DNA of 64,000 bases from an uncultured Actinomycetes bacterium (lineage in GTDB: Bacteria > Actinomycetota > Thermoleophilia > Solirubrobacterales > Solirubrobacteraceae), in contig CAWGIR010000004.1 of the NCBI GenBank assembly GCA_963822725.1, positions 35,471-99,470 of the forward strand, given 5' to 3'. This document shows positions 12,296-21,342 of this stretch, one piece after another. A model generated the notes under the pieces. It did no database searches and was not told the DNA's origin. It saw nothing but the letters and a program-made list of their open reading frames with translations. Position numbers and translations under genes: made by a program. Position 1 is the first letter of the stretch. Each line of letters begins with the position of its first letter.

Positions 12296-13437
12296 GCGCG
12301 ACTCGCGACTACTACGAGGTGCTGGGCGTCTCTCGAGATGCGTCGGATGCCGAGATCAAGAAGGCCTTCCGGCGCCTGGCGCGCGAGCTCCATCCGGACG
12401 TCAACAAGCACGATCCCGAGGCGGAGGACAAGTTCAAGCAGGCGGCGGAGGCCTACGAGGTACTGTCGGACTCGGAGCGCCGCGCCACCTATGACCGCTA
12501 CGGGCACGAGGGGCTGCGCAGCGGCGGGTACGCGCCCAACTTCGAGGGGTTCGGCTCGGTGTCGGACATCTTCGAAGCGTTCTTCGGCGGGGCCGGCAGC
12601 CCGTTCGGCGACATCTTCGGCGGTGGCGGGATGCGCTCCTCGGGCCCGATGCAGGGCGGCGACGTCGTGGTGGGCGTCGAGATCGAGCTTCGCGACGCCA
12701 TCCACGGGACCGCGGTGCCGCTCGCGTTCGAGGCGATCGCCCGCTGCGAGCATTGCCACGGCAACGGCGCGGAGCCGGGCACCCCGATCGAGACCTGCGA
12801 GCGCTGCGGTGGCACCGGCCAGCTGCGGGCCGTGACCCGCACGCCGTTCGGCCAGGTGGTGCGGTCCGCCGTCTGTGAGAAGTGCGGCGGGGACGGTCGC
12901 GTGCCGTCGAAGCCGTGCCGCGAGTGCCAGGGTCGCGGGCGCAAGGTGGAGCGGGTGAAGCTGTCGGTCGACGTCCCCGCGGGAATCGCGGATGGCCAGC
13001 GGATCCGGATCGCCGGCCGCGGCCACGCCGGCGAGCGCGGCGGCCCCCCGGGGGACCTCTATGTCCAGGTGCGCGTGCGCGAGGATCCCCGCTTCGTCCG
13101 TGACGGAGACGACCTCGTCACGGTCGTCGATGTCGCCGCTCCCTTGGCAGCCCTCGGGACCGAGGTATCGGTGCCGACGGTGGACGAGGAGGTCGAGCTC
13201 GAGATCCCGGCCGGCACGCAGCCCCACGAGATCCTGGTCGTCCGGGGTAAGGGCGTGCCCGCCCTGCGAGGCCGCCGAACCGGCGACCTGCGCGTTGTGG
13301 TGAACGTGGTCGTGCCGCGGCATTTGAGCCGCGAGCAACGCGAGCTACTCGAGCGTCTGTCGGGCACGCTGACCGATCAGAACCTGCGCACCGACGAGGG
13401 CGTGTTCGGGAAGCTCCGCCGCGCGTTCGGCGGTTGA
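12292..13437 (+). CDS. dnaJ: Chaperone DnaJ
   Basis: J-domain with HPD, G/F region and four CxxCxGxG repeats. Confidence 0.96.
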   Translation: MSATRDYYEVLGVSRDASDAEIKKAFRRLARELHPDVNKHDPEAEDKFKQAAEAYEVLSDSERRATYDRYGHEGLRSGGYAPNFEGFGSVSDIFEAFFGGAGSPFGDIFGGGGMRSSGPMQGGDVVVGVEIELRDAIHGTAVPLAFEAIARCEHCHGNGAEPGTPIETCERCGGTGQLRAVTRTPFGQVVRSAVCEKCGGDGRVPSKPCRECQGRGRKVERVKLSVDVPAGIADGQRIRIAGRGHAGERGGPPGDLYVQVRVREDPRFVRDGDDLVTVVDVAAPLAALGTEVSVPTVDEEVELEIPAGTQPHEILVVRGKGVPALRGRRTGDLRVVVNVVVPRHLSREQRELLERLSGTLTDQNLRTDEGVFGKLRRAFGG

Positions 13438-14246
13438 TCCGTCTCGCCGTCCGGGTCCGCCGCGAGCAGGCGGAGCTGGTGCTTGCCGAGCTGCTCGAGC
13501 TGGCTCCCGGGGGTGTCGAGGAGGCCGCGCCGGCGCCCGGGGTGATCGAGTACGCGGTCTACGGGCCGCCGGGAGAGCTGCCGACGCTGCCTGATCTCCG
13601 GGCCGCGACGGGCGAGGCGCTCGTCGAGGTCTCGACATCCGAGCTTCCGGATGATTGGGCCGAGCGGTGGCGGGAGTTCCACAAGCCGCTGGTGCTCGAG
13701 AGCCGACTGACCGTGCGGCCGCCGTGGGAACCCGCCGGCTCGACGCCGATCGACCTGGTCATCGACCCCGGTCAGGCGTTCGGCACGGGCGCGCATGCGA
13801 CGACTCGCCTGTGCCTGGAGCTGATGCTCTCGCTCCAGGGTGGCGGATCGTTCCTCGACCTGGGCTGCGGATCGGGTGTGCTGGCGATCGCGGCGGCGCG
13901 GCTTGGGTATGCGCCGGTGCATGCGGCCGACAACGATCCGGCGGCCGTCGCGGCGGCCCGGGCGAACGCGGGCGCCAACGGAGTCGACGTCGAGGTCGCA
14001 CGCGTTGAGCTGCGCGAGGGTCCGATCCCGCCGGCGGACACGGTCGGCGCGAACCTGCTCGCGCCGCTGCTGCTCGCGTGGGCCCCGCGGCTGGGAGGGC
14101 CGGTGCCGCTTCCGCGGCGGGTAATCGCCAGCGGTGTGCTGGTCGGCGAGGCCGATCGGGTCGCCGCGGCGTTCGCGGACCGTGGCTTGCGCGAGTCCGA
14201 GCGGCGGGCTTCCGGCGACTGGGTCGCGCTGCTGCTCGAGCGTTGA
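13434..14246 (+). CDS. prmA: Ribosomal protein L11 methyltransferase
   Basis: [15 protein letters not shown] and [10 protein letters not shown]; follows dnaJ. Confidence 0.92.
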   Translation: MIRLAVRVRREQAELVLAELLELAPGGVEEAAPAPGVIEYAVYGPPGELPTLPDLRAATGEALVEVSTSELPDDWAERWREFHKPLVLESRLTVRPPWEPAGSTPIDLVIDPGQAFGTGAHATTRLCLELMLSLQGGGSFLDLGCGSGVLAIAAARLGYAPVHAADNDPAAVAAARANAGANGVDVEVARVELREGPIPPADTVGANLLAPLLLAWAPRLGGPVPLPRRVIASGVLVGEADRVAAAFADRGLRESERRASGDWVALLLER

Positions 14247-14585
14247 GGGTGCCCACCCTCCCGTGTGGACAAGCGCGGGCGCACGAATCTTGTCCCCGTG
14301 GCCGATGACCCCAGGCGCCGCGCCGTTCATCCTGCACTCACGCTGCGAACCGGGTACACGCGAAGGAGGTGAACCCAAGTGCCCAACCCGCTCGCGATCG
14401 GCGTGACCCTAGGTGGCCTGCTGCTCGACATCGTGGCGCCGCGGCCCAAGCCTCGGACCGGCCTACAACGAGAAATCTCTCCGCTCGCTTCGGCCGCTGG
14501 TTCGAGGACACCGCGGTAGTCGAGGAGCAGTCGGGGTTCCCGGTCGCGGGCGGGCGAGGCGCCCGCCCGCGAGTCGGGCGACTCG

Positions 14586-14622
14586 AGCGACGTTTCTGCC
14601 CATATAGAGCAGAAACGTCGCT
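14586..14622. repeat. REP-like palindrome, copy 1
   Basis: AGCGACGTTTCTGC-CCATATAGA-GCAGAAACGTCGCT; near-identical to 45238-45268. Confidence 0.75.
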
Positions 14623-14668
14623 TCGGCGGCGCCAGCGCCGGTCGGACGTTCGGGAGTGAGGCCCGTGC

Positions 14669-14956
14669 CTAGGGCATGAGCTTGTAGACGTCGATCGCCG
14701 TCTCCTGGGGCGGCGCTTCGAAGCCACCCTGGACGCCTGCCTGCAGGCGCGGCATCAGGGTCTGGTCGCGGAAGCGCTCCCAACTTTCCTTGGAGTCATG
14801 GACAGCCACCACCGTCCAGCCGCCGTCCGACGGCCCGGCGGCGTGGAAGATCTGTCCGTCCGGAAGCCCCCCCTCCGAGGGGTGAACTGCCGCGAGCGAG
14901 GCCTCGTACTGCTCCTGCGTCCCGCCCGGGAAGTGATGCACGATTGCGTAAGCCAT
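14669..14956 (-). CDS. Small hypothetical protein (possible dimeric alpha+beta barrel / ABM-like)
   Basis: 95 aa, GGAGAGGA RBS; FPGGTQEQYE...HAAGP..GGW.VV.V.DS.ESWERF. Confidence 0.75.
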   Translation of the reverse strand: MAYAIVHHFPGGTQEQYEASLAAVHPSEGGLPDGQIFHAAGPSDGGWTVVAVHDSKESWERFRDQTLMPRLQAGVQGGFEAPPQETAIDVYKLMP

Positions 14957-15059
14957 GACGGTGTCCTCTCCCTGCTAGTGGCCCCAAGAGCGGGGCAGCC
15001 TACAGCGGCGCTCGCTCGCAGCGGGATTTTCTTCCCGCCCAGCCGGTACCGTCTGCGCC

Positions 15060-16316
15060 GTGAGCACGTTCGCGGTCAAGTTTCTGGGCTGCAAGGTCTC
15101 CCAGGCGGACGCGATGCTCGCGCGCAGCGCGCTACTGGCCGCGGGTCATACCGAGGCCCCGGAGCACGACGCGGAGCTGCACGTGATCAACACGTGCTGC
15201 ATCACGCGCGAGGCCGAGAGCAAGTCCCGGCATTCCGTTCGCCGGTCGCTGAAGACCGCCCGGGAGGTATACGCGGGGGGTTGCGCCGTAAACCTGAACG
15301 CCGAGCAGTTCAGGGCGATCGACCCCGGCGTCAGGGCGTTCGTTGGGACCGCGGACGACGTCGCGGCCGAGATCGGAGGGTGTTCGGATCTGGAACACGA
15401 TGTGCTCGCAAGGGAGCCGCGAGCCGAGACCGCCGCCCGGACCCGCGGCTTCGTCAAGGTCCAGGACGGCTGCGACTGTCACTGCGCCTACTGCATCATC
15501 CCCACGGTCAGGGGCGCGGCACGCTCGCGCCCGGCAAGCGCCGTGCTGGATGAGGTCCGGCGGCGCGTGAATCAGGGCCAGCCGGAGATGGTGATGACGG
15601 GCATCAGCGTCGGGGACTATCGGGATCCGGAGCGGGAGCTGGAGCTCGGCGAGCTGATGCGCGAGGTCGCGCGGGTGCCGGGGGTCGAGCGGGTGCGGCT
15701 GTCAAGCGTGGAGGTGATCCACGTCAAGGACTCGCTGCTGGAGGCGCTGGCGACCGAACCCAAGGTGTGCCCCCACCTGCACGTGCCGATGCAGTCAGGC
15801 GATGATCGCGTGCTGAAGGACATGGGCCGCCACTACACCGCCGAGCAATACCTCGGACACATCGCGGCGCTCCGCGAGGCGATTCCCCATGTCAACCTCA
15901 CGACCGACGTGATCGTCGGTTTCCCGACCGAAACCGACGAGGCCCTGCAGCGAACGCTCGACGCGGTCGAAGCCGCCTCGATCTCCCGGATCCACACCTT
16001 CACCTATTCTCAGCGGCCGGGAACGAAGGCCGAGACGCTCGGGGACCGCATCCCGCCGGAGGAGAAGAAGCGCCGCTCGCGCGAGCTGCGCGGCCGCTCC
16101 GAGCTGCGCTCGCGGCGGCACCGGACCGCGAAGCTCGGCGGGCGGGAGACGGTTCTGATCGACAAGGTGGCGGAGACGCAGTGCTCTGGCTACAGCGCCG
16201 ACTACACCCGCTGCTATCTCGACGCTGGGGCGGGCAGGCGCGGCGAGCTGATCGATGTGGCATGCGAGGAGCTCCACGCCGATGGGATCAGATGCTCCGT
16301 CTATTCTCAGAGTTGA
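15060..16316 (+). CDS. mtaB: Radical SAM methylthiotransferase (MtaB-like)
   Basis: FLGCKVS, NTCCIT, VKVQDGCDCHCAYC, DVIVGFP; context downstream of prmA. Confidence 0.85.
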   Translation: MSTFAVKFLGCKVSQADAMLARSALLAAGHTEAPEHDAELHVINTCCITREAESKSRHSVRRSLKTAREVYAGGCAVNLNAEQFRAIDPGVRAFVGTADDVAAEIGGCSDLEHDVLAREPRAETAARTRGFVKVQDGCDCHCAYCIIPTVRGAARSRPASAVLDEVRRRVNQGQPEMVMTGISVGDYRDPERELELGELMREVARVPGVERVRLSSVEVIHVKDSLLEALATEPKVCPHLHVPMQSGDDRVLKDMGRHYTAEQYLGHIAALREAIPHVNLTTDVIVGFPTETDEALQRTLDAVEAASISRIHTFTYSQRPGTKAETLGDRIPPEEKKRRSRELRGRSELRSRRHRTAKLGGRETVLIDKVAETQCSGYSADYTRCYLDAGAGRRGELIDVACEELHADGIRCSVYSQS

Positions 16317-16317
16317 T

Positions 16318-16749
16318 ATGGCCGTCATCGACCAGGTCCGCACCGATATCAACACCGCGATGAAGGCGCGCGAGATCGACAGGGTCGGCGCGCTGCGCCT
16401 GGTGCTGTCCGAGCTCCAAAAGGCCGTCAAGGAGGGAAGCGATGACGAGCTGGCGGTGCTGCGGCGAGAGCGCAAGCGGCGGCTCGAGGCCGCCGGCCAG
16501 TTCCGGGAGGGGGGACGCCCGGAGCTCGCCGAGCGCGAGGAGGCCGAGGCGGAGCTGATCGGCGGCTATCTCCCCGCGGAGCTCGACGACGCCGAGCTTG
16601 ACGCGATCATCTCCTCCGCGATCGCGGAGACCGGAGCCAGCTCCCCGCAGGACATGGGGGCGGTGATGAAGGCCGTGATGGCCAAAGCCGGGGGCAGAGC
16701 CGACGGCAAGCGCGCGTCCGGGCGCGTGCGCGAGGCATTGAGTGCGTAG
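16318..16749 (+). CDS. GatB/YqeY domain protein
   Basis: AMKARE...LRLVLSEL, YLPAEL, DMGAVMKAVM...ADGK. Confidence 0.92.
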   Translation: MAVIDQVRTDINTAMKAREIDRVGALRLVLSELQKAVKEGSDDELAVLRRERKRRLEAAGQFREGGRPELAEREEAEAELIGGYLPAELDDAELDAIISSAIAETGASSPQDMGAVMKAVMAKAGGRADGKRASGRVREALSA

Positions 16750-17713
16750 GCAGATAGAGCTCGAGAACACTGTGGCCGCGGAGCTCGCCGGATCGGAGGA
16801 CGCCGTGCTGCGCTCGCTCGAGGGTCACCTCGACTGCGAGGTCTACCTGCGCGGCAACGTGCTCACACTGGACGGAGGGGACGCCGCGGTCGAGCGCGCG
16901 GCTGCGGTCGTGCGCGAGCTCGCTGAGCTCATCGAGCAGGGCCACGCCATCAGCCCGGGGACGATCGAGGCCGTTCAGCGCGCGCTGGACGAACACGAGT
17001 CGCCGGCGCGGATACTCGAGGACGTCGTCTGGCGCCACCGCACGACCAAGATCGCGCCGAAGACCGTTAACCAGAAGCGCTACGTCGACTCGATCCGGGA
17101 CAGCACGATCACCTTCGGGATCGGCCCGGCCGGCACGGGGAAGACCTTCCTGGCGGTCGCACTGGCCGCCGCCGCGCTCAGCCGCCGCGAGGTCAGCCGG
17201 ATCATTCTCACCCGCCCCGCCGTCGAGGCCGGAGAACGGCTCGGCTTCCTGCCGGGCGACCTGATGGCGAAGGTCGACCCCTACCTGCGCCCGCTGTTCG
17301 ACGCGCTGCATGACATGCTCGAGCCTGAGCGCGTGTCCCAGCATCTGGAACGGGGCGTGATCGAGGTCGCACCGCTGGCGTTCATGCGCGGCCGAAGCCT
17401 GAACGACTCTTTCATCATCCTCGACGAAGCGCAGAACACGAGCCCCGAGCAGATGAAGATGTTCCTCACCCGGCTCGGGTTCAACTCGAAGATGGTCGTC
17501 ACCGGCGACGTCACCCAGATCGACCTCCCGCGGGAGCAGGACTCGGGGCTTCTGGTGGTCGGGGAGGTCCTGGGGGACGTCGAGGGAATCGAGTTCATCC
17601 GCTTCGGCGAAGAGGACGTGGTACGGCACAAGCTCGTGCAGCGGATCGTCGCCGCCTACAACGAGCACTCGCAGCGACTGGCGCCCGAGCTCAGGCCTCG
17701 TAAGCGAGCGTGA
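16742..17713 (+). CDS. phoH: PhoH family ATPase
   Basis: GPAGTGKT, RPAVEAGERLGFLPGD, AFMRGR, DEAQN. Confidence 0.94.
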   Translation: MRRQIELENTVAAELAGSEDAVLRSLEGHLDCEVYLRGNVLTLDGGDAAVERAAAVVRELAELIEQGHAISPGTIEAVQRALDEHESPARILEDVVWRHRTTKIAPKTVNQKRYVDSIRDSTITFGIGPAGTGKTFLAVALAAAALSRREVSRIILTRPAVEAGERLGFLPGDLMAKVDPYLRPLFDALHDMLEPERVSQHLERGVIEVAPLAFMRGRSLNDSFIILDEAQNTSPEQMKMFLTRLGFNSKMVVTGDVTQIDLPREQDSGLLVVGEVLGDVEGIEFIRFGEEDVVRHKLVQRIVAAYNEHSQRLAPELRPRKRA

Positions 17714-18102
17714 GCGAGCTGGAGGTCGAGGTCATCGGGCTTCCCGATGAGGCCCCGGCTCCTGAGCAGATCGAGCGGCTGTGCGCGCTCGCGCTGGCTT
17801 CGGCGGGCATCGACGAGGGCCATGTCGCGATCGAATTCGTCTCCGAGCGCCGGATCGCGCAGCTGAACCGGGAGCATCGCGGCCTCGACGAGCCGACCGA
17901 CGTGCTCTCCTTCGGGATCGACGAGGACGGGCCGGTCTCCGGGCCGCGCGAGCTCGGCGACATCGTGATCTGCCCGAGGGCCACCGAGGACATCCGCGAG
18001 GCGGTCGTGCACGGGGCGCTTCACCTGACGGGCATGGACCACGAGCGTGACGACGGCGAGATGCTGGCGCTCCAGCGGGAGCTGCTCCGTTGGCTGAAAT
18101 AG
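17710..18102 (+). CDS. ybeY: rRNA maturation endoribonuclease YbeY
   Basis: LNREHRG..PTDVLSF, LGDIVIC, HGALHLTGMDH. Confidence 0.92.
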   Translation: MSELEVEVIGLPDEAPAPEQIERLCALALASAGIDEGHVAIEFVSERRIAQLNREHRGLDEPTDVLSFGIDEDGPVSGPRELGDIVICPRATEDIREAVVHGALHLTGMDHERDDGEMLALQRELLRWLK

Positions 18103-18983
18103 GGCAGACACGCTCTGGCTTCGTCGCGCTGGCCGGCCGGCCGAACGTCGGCAAGTCGACGCTGGCGAACGCGATCGTCGGGGCGAAGGTGGCGATCACC
18201 TCGAACAAGCCCCAGACCACGCGCCGGGCCATCCGCGGGGTGGCGACGGGAGCGGATTGGCAGCTCGTCCTGGTCGACCTCCCGGGCGTGCAGCGCCCCC
18301 GGGACGCGCTCACCTCGAGGATGCAGAGCCGCGTCGAGCGCGAGCTCGCTGATTCGGACGCCTGCTTGTTGATCCTCAACGCAGAGGAGGGCATCGGGCC
18401 GGGCGACCAGTTCATCGGACGGCTGCTGGGGCGCTCGGCGGTCCCGATCGTGATCGTGGTCAACAAGATCGACCGCGCTCGTCACACTCAGATCGTCCCG
18501 GTGCTCCAGTCCGCCGCCGGGCTCGGGATCTCGGATGACGTCTTCCCCGTCTCGGCGCTGACGGGCGAGGGCGTCGGGCCCCTGATGGAGCGCCTCGTGG
18601 CGCTGTTGCCCGCCGGCCCCTTCTACTTCGAGGCTGAGCAGCACTCAGACCAGCCGGAGGCCGTACGGCTCGCGGAGCTGGTCCGCGAGCAGGTCCTGGC
18701 CCGCACCCGCGAGGAGGTCCCGCACGCGGTCGAGGTACAGGTGCAGGAGATCGAACCGCGAGCCGACCTCGTTCGCATCGAGGCCGAGGTGCTGGTCGAG
18801 ACGGAGTCCCAGAAGGGGATCTTGATCGGCTCCAAGGGGCGGATGATCAAGGCGATCGGCGTCGCGGCCCGCAAGGCGATCGAACGGGAGCTCGGCCAAC
18901 ACGTGCATCTCGAGCTCTCGGTGCGGGTGCGCCGCCATTGGCGGGCCGACGAGCATCTCCTGGACCGGCTGGGGATCGAGTGA
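18090..18983 (+). CDS. era: GTPase Era
   Basis: GRPNVGKST, PQTTR, NKID, EEVPH, SQKGILIG KH domain. Confidence 0.95.
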   Translation: MAEIGQTRSGFVALAGRPNVGKSTLANAIVGAKVAITSNKPQTTRRAIRGVATGADWQLVLVDLPGVQRPRDALTSRMQSRVERELADSDACLLILNAEEGIGPGDQFIGRLLGRSAVPIVIVVNKIDRARHTQIVPVLQSAAGLGISDDVFPVSALTGEGVGPLMERLVALLPAGPFYFEAEQHSDQPEAVRLAELVREQVLARTREEVPHAVEVQVQEIEPRADLVRIEAEVLVETESQKGILIGSKGRMIKAIGVAARKAIERELGQHVHLELSVRVRRHWRADEHLLDRLGIE

Positions 18984-18995
18984 CAGATTGTCACT
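18979..18995. promoter_or_regulatory. 7-3-7 inverted repeat, candidate operator
   Basis: AGTGACA-GAT-TGTCACT overlapping the era stop codon, about 45 bp upstream of the sigma28 promoter. Confidence 0.45.
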
Positions 18996-19038
18996 AGAAC
19001 ACTTGTCCAGATCCGGCCATTTTATTCAGGGTCGGGCC

Positions 19039-19065
19039 TAAATTCTGCGCCCAGGCTGCCGATAA
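19039..19065 (+). promoter_or_regulatory. Sigma28 (FliA/SigD/WhiG) type promoter
   Basis: TAAA-ttctgcgcccaggct(15 nt)-GCCGATAA is an exact consensus; GGAAGGAG RBS precedes GTG 19125. Confidence 0.8.
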
Positions 19066-19124
19066 CAAATGCGGTTGAGCTATTTGGGGCTCGGGGCGCG
19101 GACCGCTGGCGGAAGGAGCTGATC

Positions 19125-20870
19125 GTGAGAAGGAAAGAGGCGGGACTGGCGCTGGCTGCTGCCGCGATTGTCGTGATGGCGCTCCTGACGGTGTTCGCGA
19201 TCGAGCTGTCGAACACCCAGGCGAAGTCCAAGCAGGACGTCAAGGCCCGGGTGCATGAGCGTGCGGTGCTCGCCGTCGCGCTGATCGACGGCCTGTTCCA
19301 GTCCGTGCAGCAGGAGGTCCCCCAATACCAGCGGCTCTACGGCGGGCGCACGGTGTCGGGCGCGGCACTCGACAAGCAACAGCGCAACCAGAGCCAGAAC
19401 GGGGGCTATCTGGCAGTGCTCGACTCCAGCGGCAGCGTGATCGCCGCCTCGCGCACCTTCACGGCGCAAGCCCGGGCGGATCTGACCCACTCCGCGGCCC
19501 TAGCGCTGATCCGCGCGGGCCATCCCTACGGACTGGGCAACCTGCGGCCGTACGGCCGCCTAGGCGCGATCGACTACGCGGTCTCCTTCCCGACGAGGTT
19601 CGGACTGCGGACCGTGGTGCAGGGCTTCGCGCCGGGCGTGCTCGGCACCTTCCTCGCCACCGACCTGCGCAAGATCCCTGGCGTCAAGGGGGCGCACAAC
19701 TACCTGATCGACGGTGACGACGTCGTGCTGGCGTCGACCAATCCCGCCGTTCCGGTCGGACGGCCGTTCGCCAACCGGTCAGCGATCCAGGCGCTCGGGC
19801 ATGCCTCGGGTGACGTCCGCGGTCATTACTTCGACAGCGTCCATCTGGCCAACTCGACCTGGCGGGTCGTGCTCGCGGCTCCGAACGGGCCGCTGTTCGC
19901 GAGCGTCTCGGGTCCGCGCAGGTGGGTGCCGTGGATGATCTTCGCGGCGTTCGCCCTGGTTGCGCTGGCGGCCCTGATGCTGGGCCGGCGGGTCGTCAGA
20001 GCCTCTCGGGAGGTCCGGAGCGCAAACGCCAAGCTCGAGCTGCTCAACGGCGAGCTCGAGACCGCGAACGAGGCCTTGGGTCGCCGCGCCGCGGAGCTCG
20101 AGCGCTCGAATGCGGAGCTCGAGCAGTTCGCCTCGATCGCGTCGCATGACCTCCAGGAACCGCTGCGCAAGGTGCGGACGTTCACCCAGCGCGTGGCGGG
20201 GATGGAGGACGGTCGCCTGTCCGAGCAGGGCCGCGACTACCTCGAGCGGGCGAACTCCGCGGCGGAGCGGATGCAGAAGCTGATCGAGGATCTGCTCAAG
20301 TATTCGCGCGTGGCCACTCATGGCCGCCCGTTCGCGCCCGTGGATCTCGACGCGCTCGCCCACGAGGTGGTGGGCGACCTGGAGGCGCAGATCGAGCGCT
20401 CCGGCGCCAGCGTCGAGGTCTCGGAGCTGCCGACGATCTCGGGCGACGCGCTGCAGCTGCGGCAGCTGATCCAGAACCTGATCTCAAACGGGCTCAAGTT
20501 CCGGCGAGAGGGAGTCGTGCCCGAGGTCCGGATCGACGCCGTCACCTCCGGCGAGGAGGTCGAGCTGACCGTGGGCGACAACGGGATCGGCTTCGAGTCC
20601 CGGTACGCCCGGCGAATCTTCCGGGTGTTCGAGCGCCTCCACGGACGGGGCGAGTATCCGGGGACCGGCATCGGTCTCGCCCTGTGCCGGAGGATCGCCG
20701 AGCGTCACGGAGGGACGATCGTCGCCAGCGGAGTCCCTGGAGAGGGCGCGACGTTCACGATCACGTTGCCCCGCAACCAGCGCCACGAAGTGATCCCACC
20801 CGCGAGGTTCGATGCGGGCAGCGATGAGCCCAACATCGACCAGAAACAGGAGGCGCATGCCGTCGCATGA
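19125..20870 (+). CDS. Membrane sensor histidine kinase (phytochrome-type HisKA, extracellular Cache-like domain)
   Basis: Two TMs, H-box ASHDLQEPLRK, NLISNGLKF, DNGIG, FERLH..YPGTGIGL. Confidence 0.92.
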   Translation: MRRKEAGLALAAAAIVVMALLTVFAIELSNTQAKSKQDVKARVHERAVLAVALIDGLFQSVQQEVPQYQRLYGGRTVSGAALDKQQRNQSQNGGYLAVLDSSGSVIAASRTFTAQARADLTHSAALALIRAGHPYGLGNLRPYGRLGAIDYAVSFPTRFGLRTVVQGFAPGVLGTFLATDLRKIPGVKGAHNYLIDGDDVVLASTNPAVPVGRPFANRSAIQALGHASGDVRGHYFDSVHLANSTWRVVLAAPNGPLFASVSGPRRWVPWMIFAAFALVALAALMLGRRVVRASREVRSANAKLELLNGELETANEALGRRAAELERSNAELEQFASIASHDLQEPLRKVRTFTQRVAGMEDGRLSEQGRDYLERANSAAERMQKLIEDLLKYSRVATHGRPFAPVDLDALAHEVVGDLEAQIERSGASVEVSELPTISGDALQLRQLIQNLISNGLKFRREGVVPEVRIDAVTSGEEVELTVGDNGIGFESRYARRIFRVFERLHGRGEYPGTGIGLALCRRIAERHGGTIVASGVPGEGATFTITLPRNQRHEVIPPARFDAGSDEPNIDQKQEAHAVA

Positions 20871-21342
20871 CTCAACGGGAAGGCCCGTGACCATTCTGCT
20901 CGCCGATGACGACGCCGAGGATCGTGAGCTCGCTCGCGATGCGCTTCAGGACTCGCACCTCGCCAACGACATGCGCTTCGTGGTCGACGGACAGGATCTG
21001 ATGGACTACCTGCGCAGGGAGGGGACCTACGCCGATCCGGGCGTCGACGCACCGCGCCCGGGGATCATCCTGCTCGACCTCAACATGCCGAAGAAGGACG
21101 GGCGCGAGGCCCTGGCCGAGATCAAGGCGGATGACGACCTACGCCGCATCCCGGTCGTCGTGCTCACCACCTCTAAGGACGAGGAGGACGTGGTCCGGAC
21201 CTACGACCTGGGCGTCAACTCCTTCATCACCAAGCCGGTGACGTTCGCGGGCCTGGTCGAGGCGATGCACACGTGGACGCGCTACTGGTTCGAGCTCGTC
21301 GAGCTTCCCAACGGGTCGGGTCCCAATGGCGGCGGAGACTGA
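20857..21342 (+). CDS. Single-domain response regulator (Rcp1-like)
   Basis: LLADDD, ILLDLNMPKKDG, VVLTTS, YDLGVNSFITKP. Confidence 0.92.
   Translation: MPSHDSTGRPVTILLADDDAEDRELARDALQDSHLANDMRFVVDGQDLMDYLRREGTYADPGVDAPRPGIILLDLNMPKKDGREALAEIKADDDLRRIPVVVLTTSKDEEDVVRTYDLGVNSFITKPVTFAGLVEAMHTWTRYWFELVELPNGSGPNGGGD

Noticed and set aside
14264-14272. DnaA box (TTGTCCACA, minus strand) as an origin signal
   Set aside because: Single perfect box with no cluster, no AT-rich unwinding element and no dnaA nearby.
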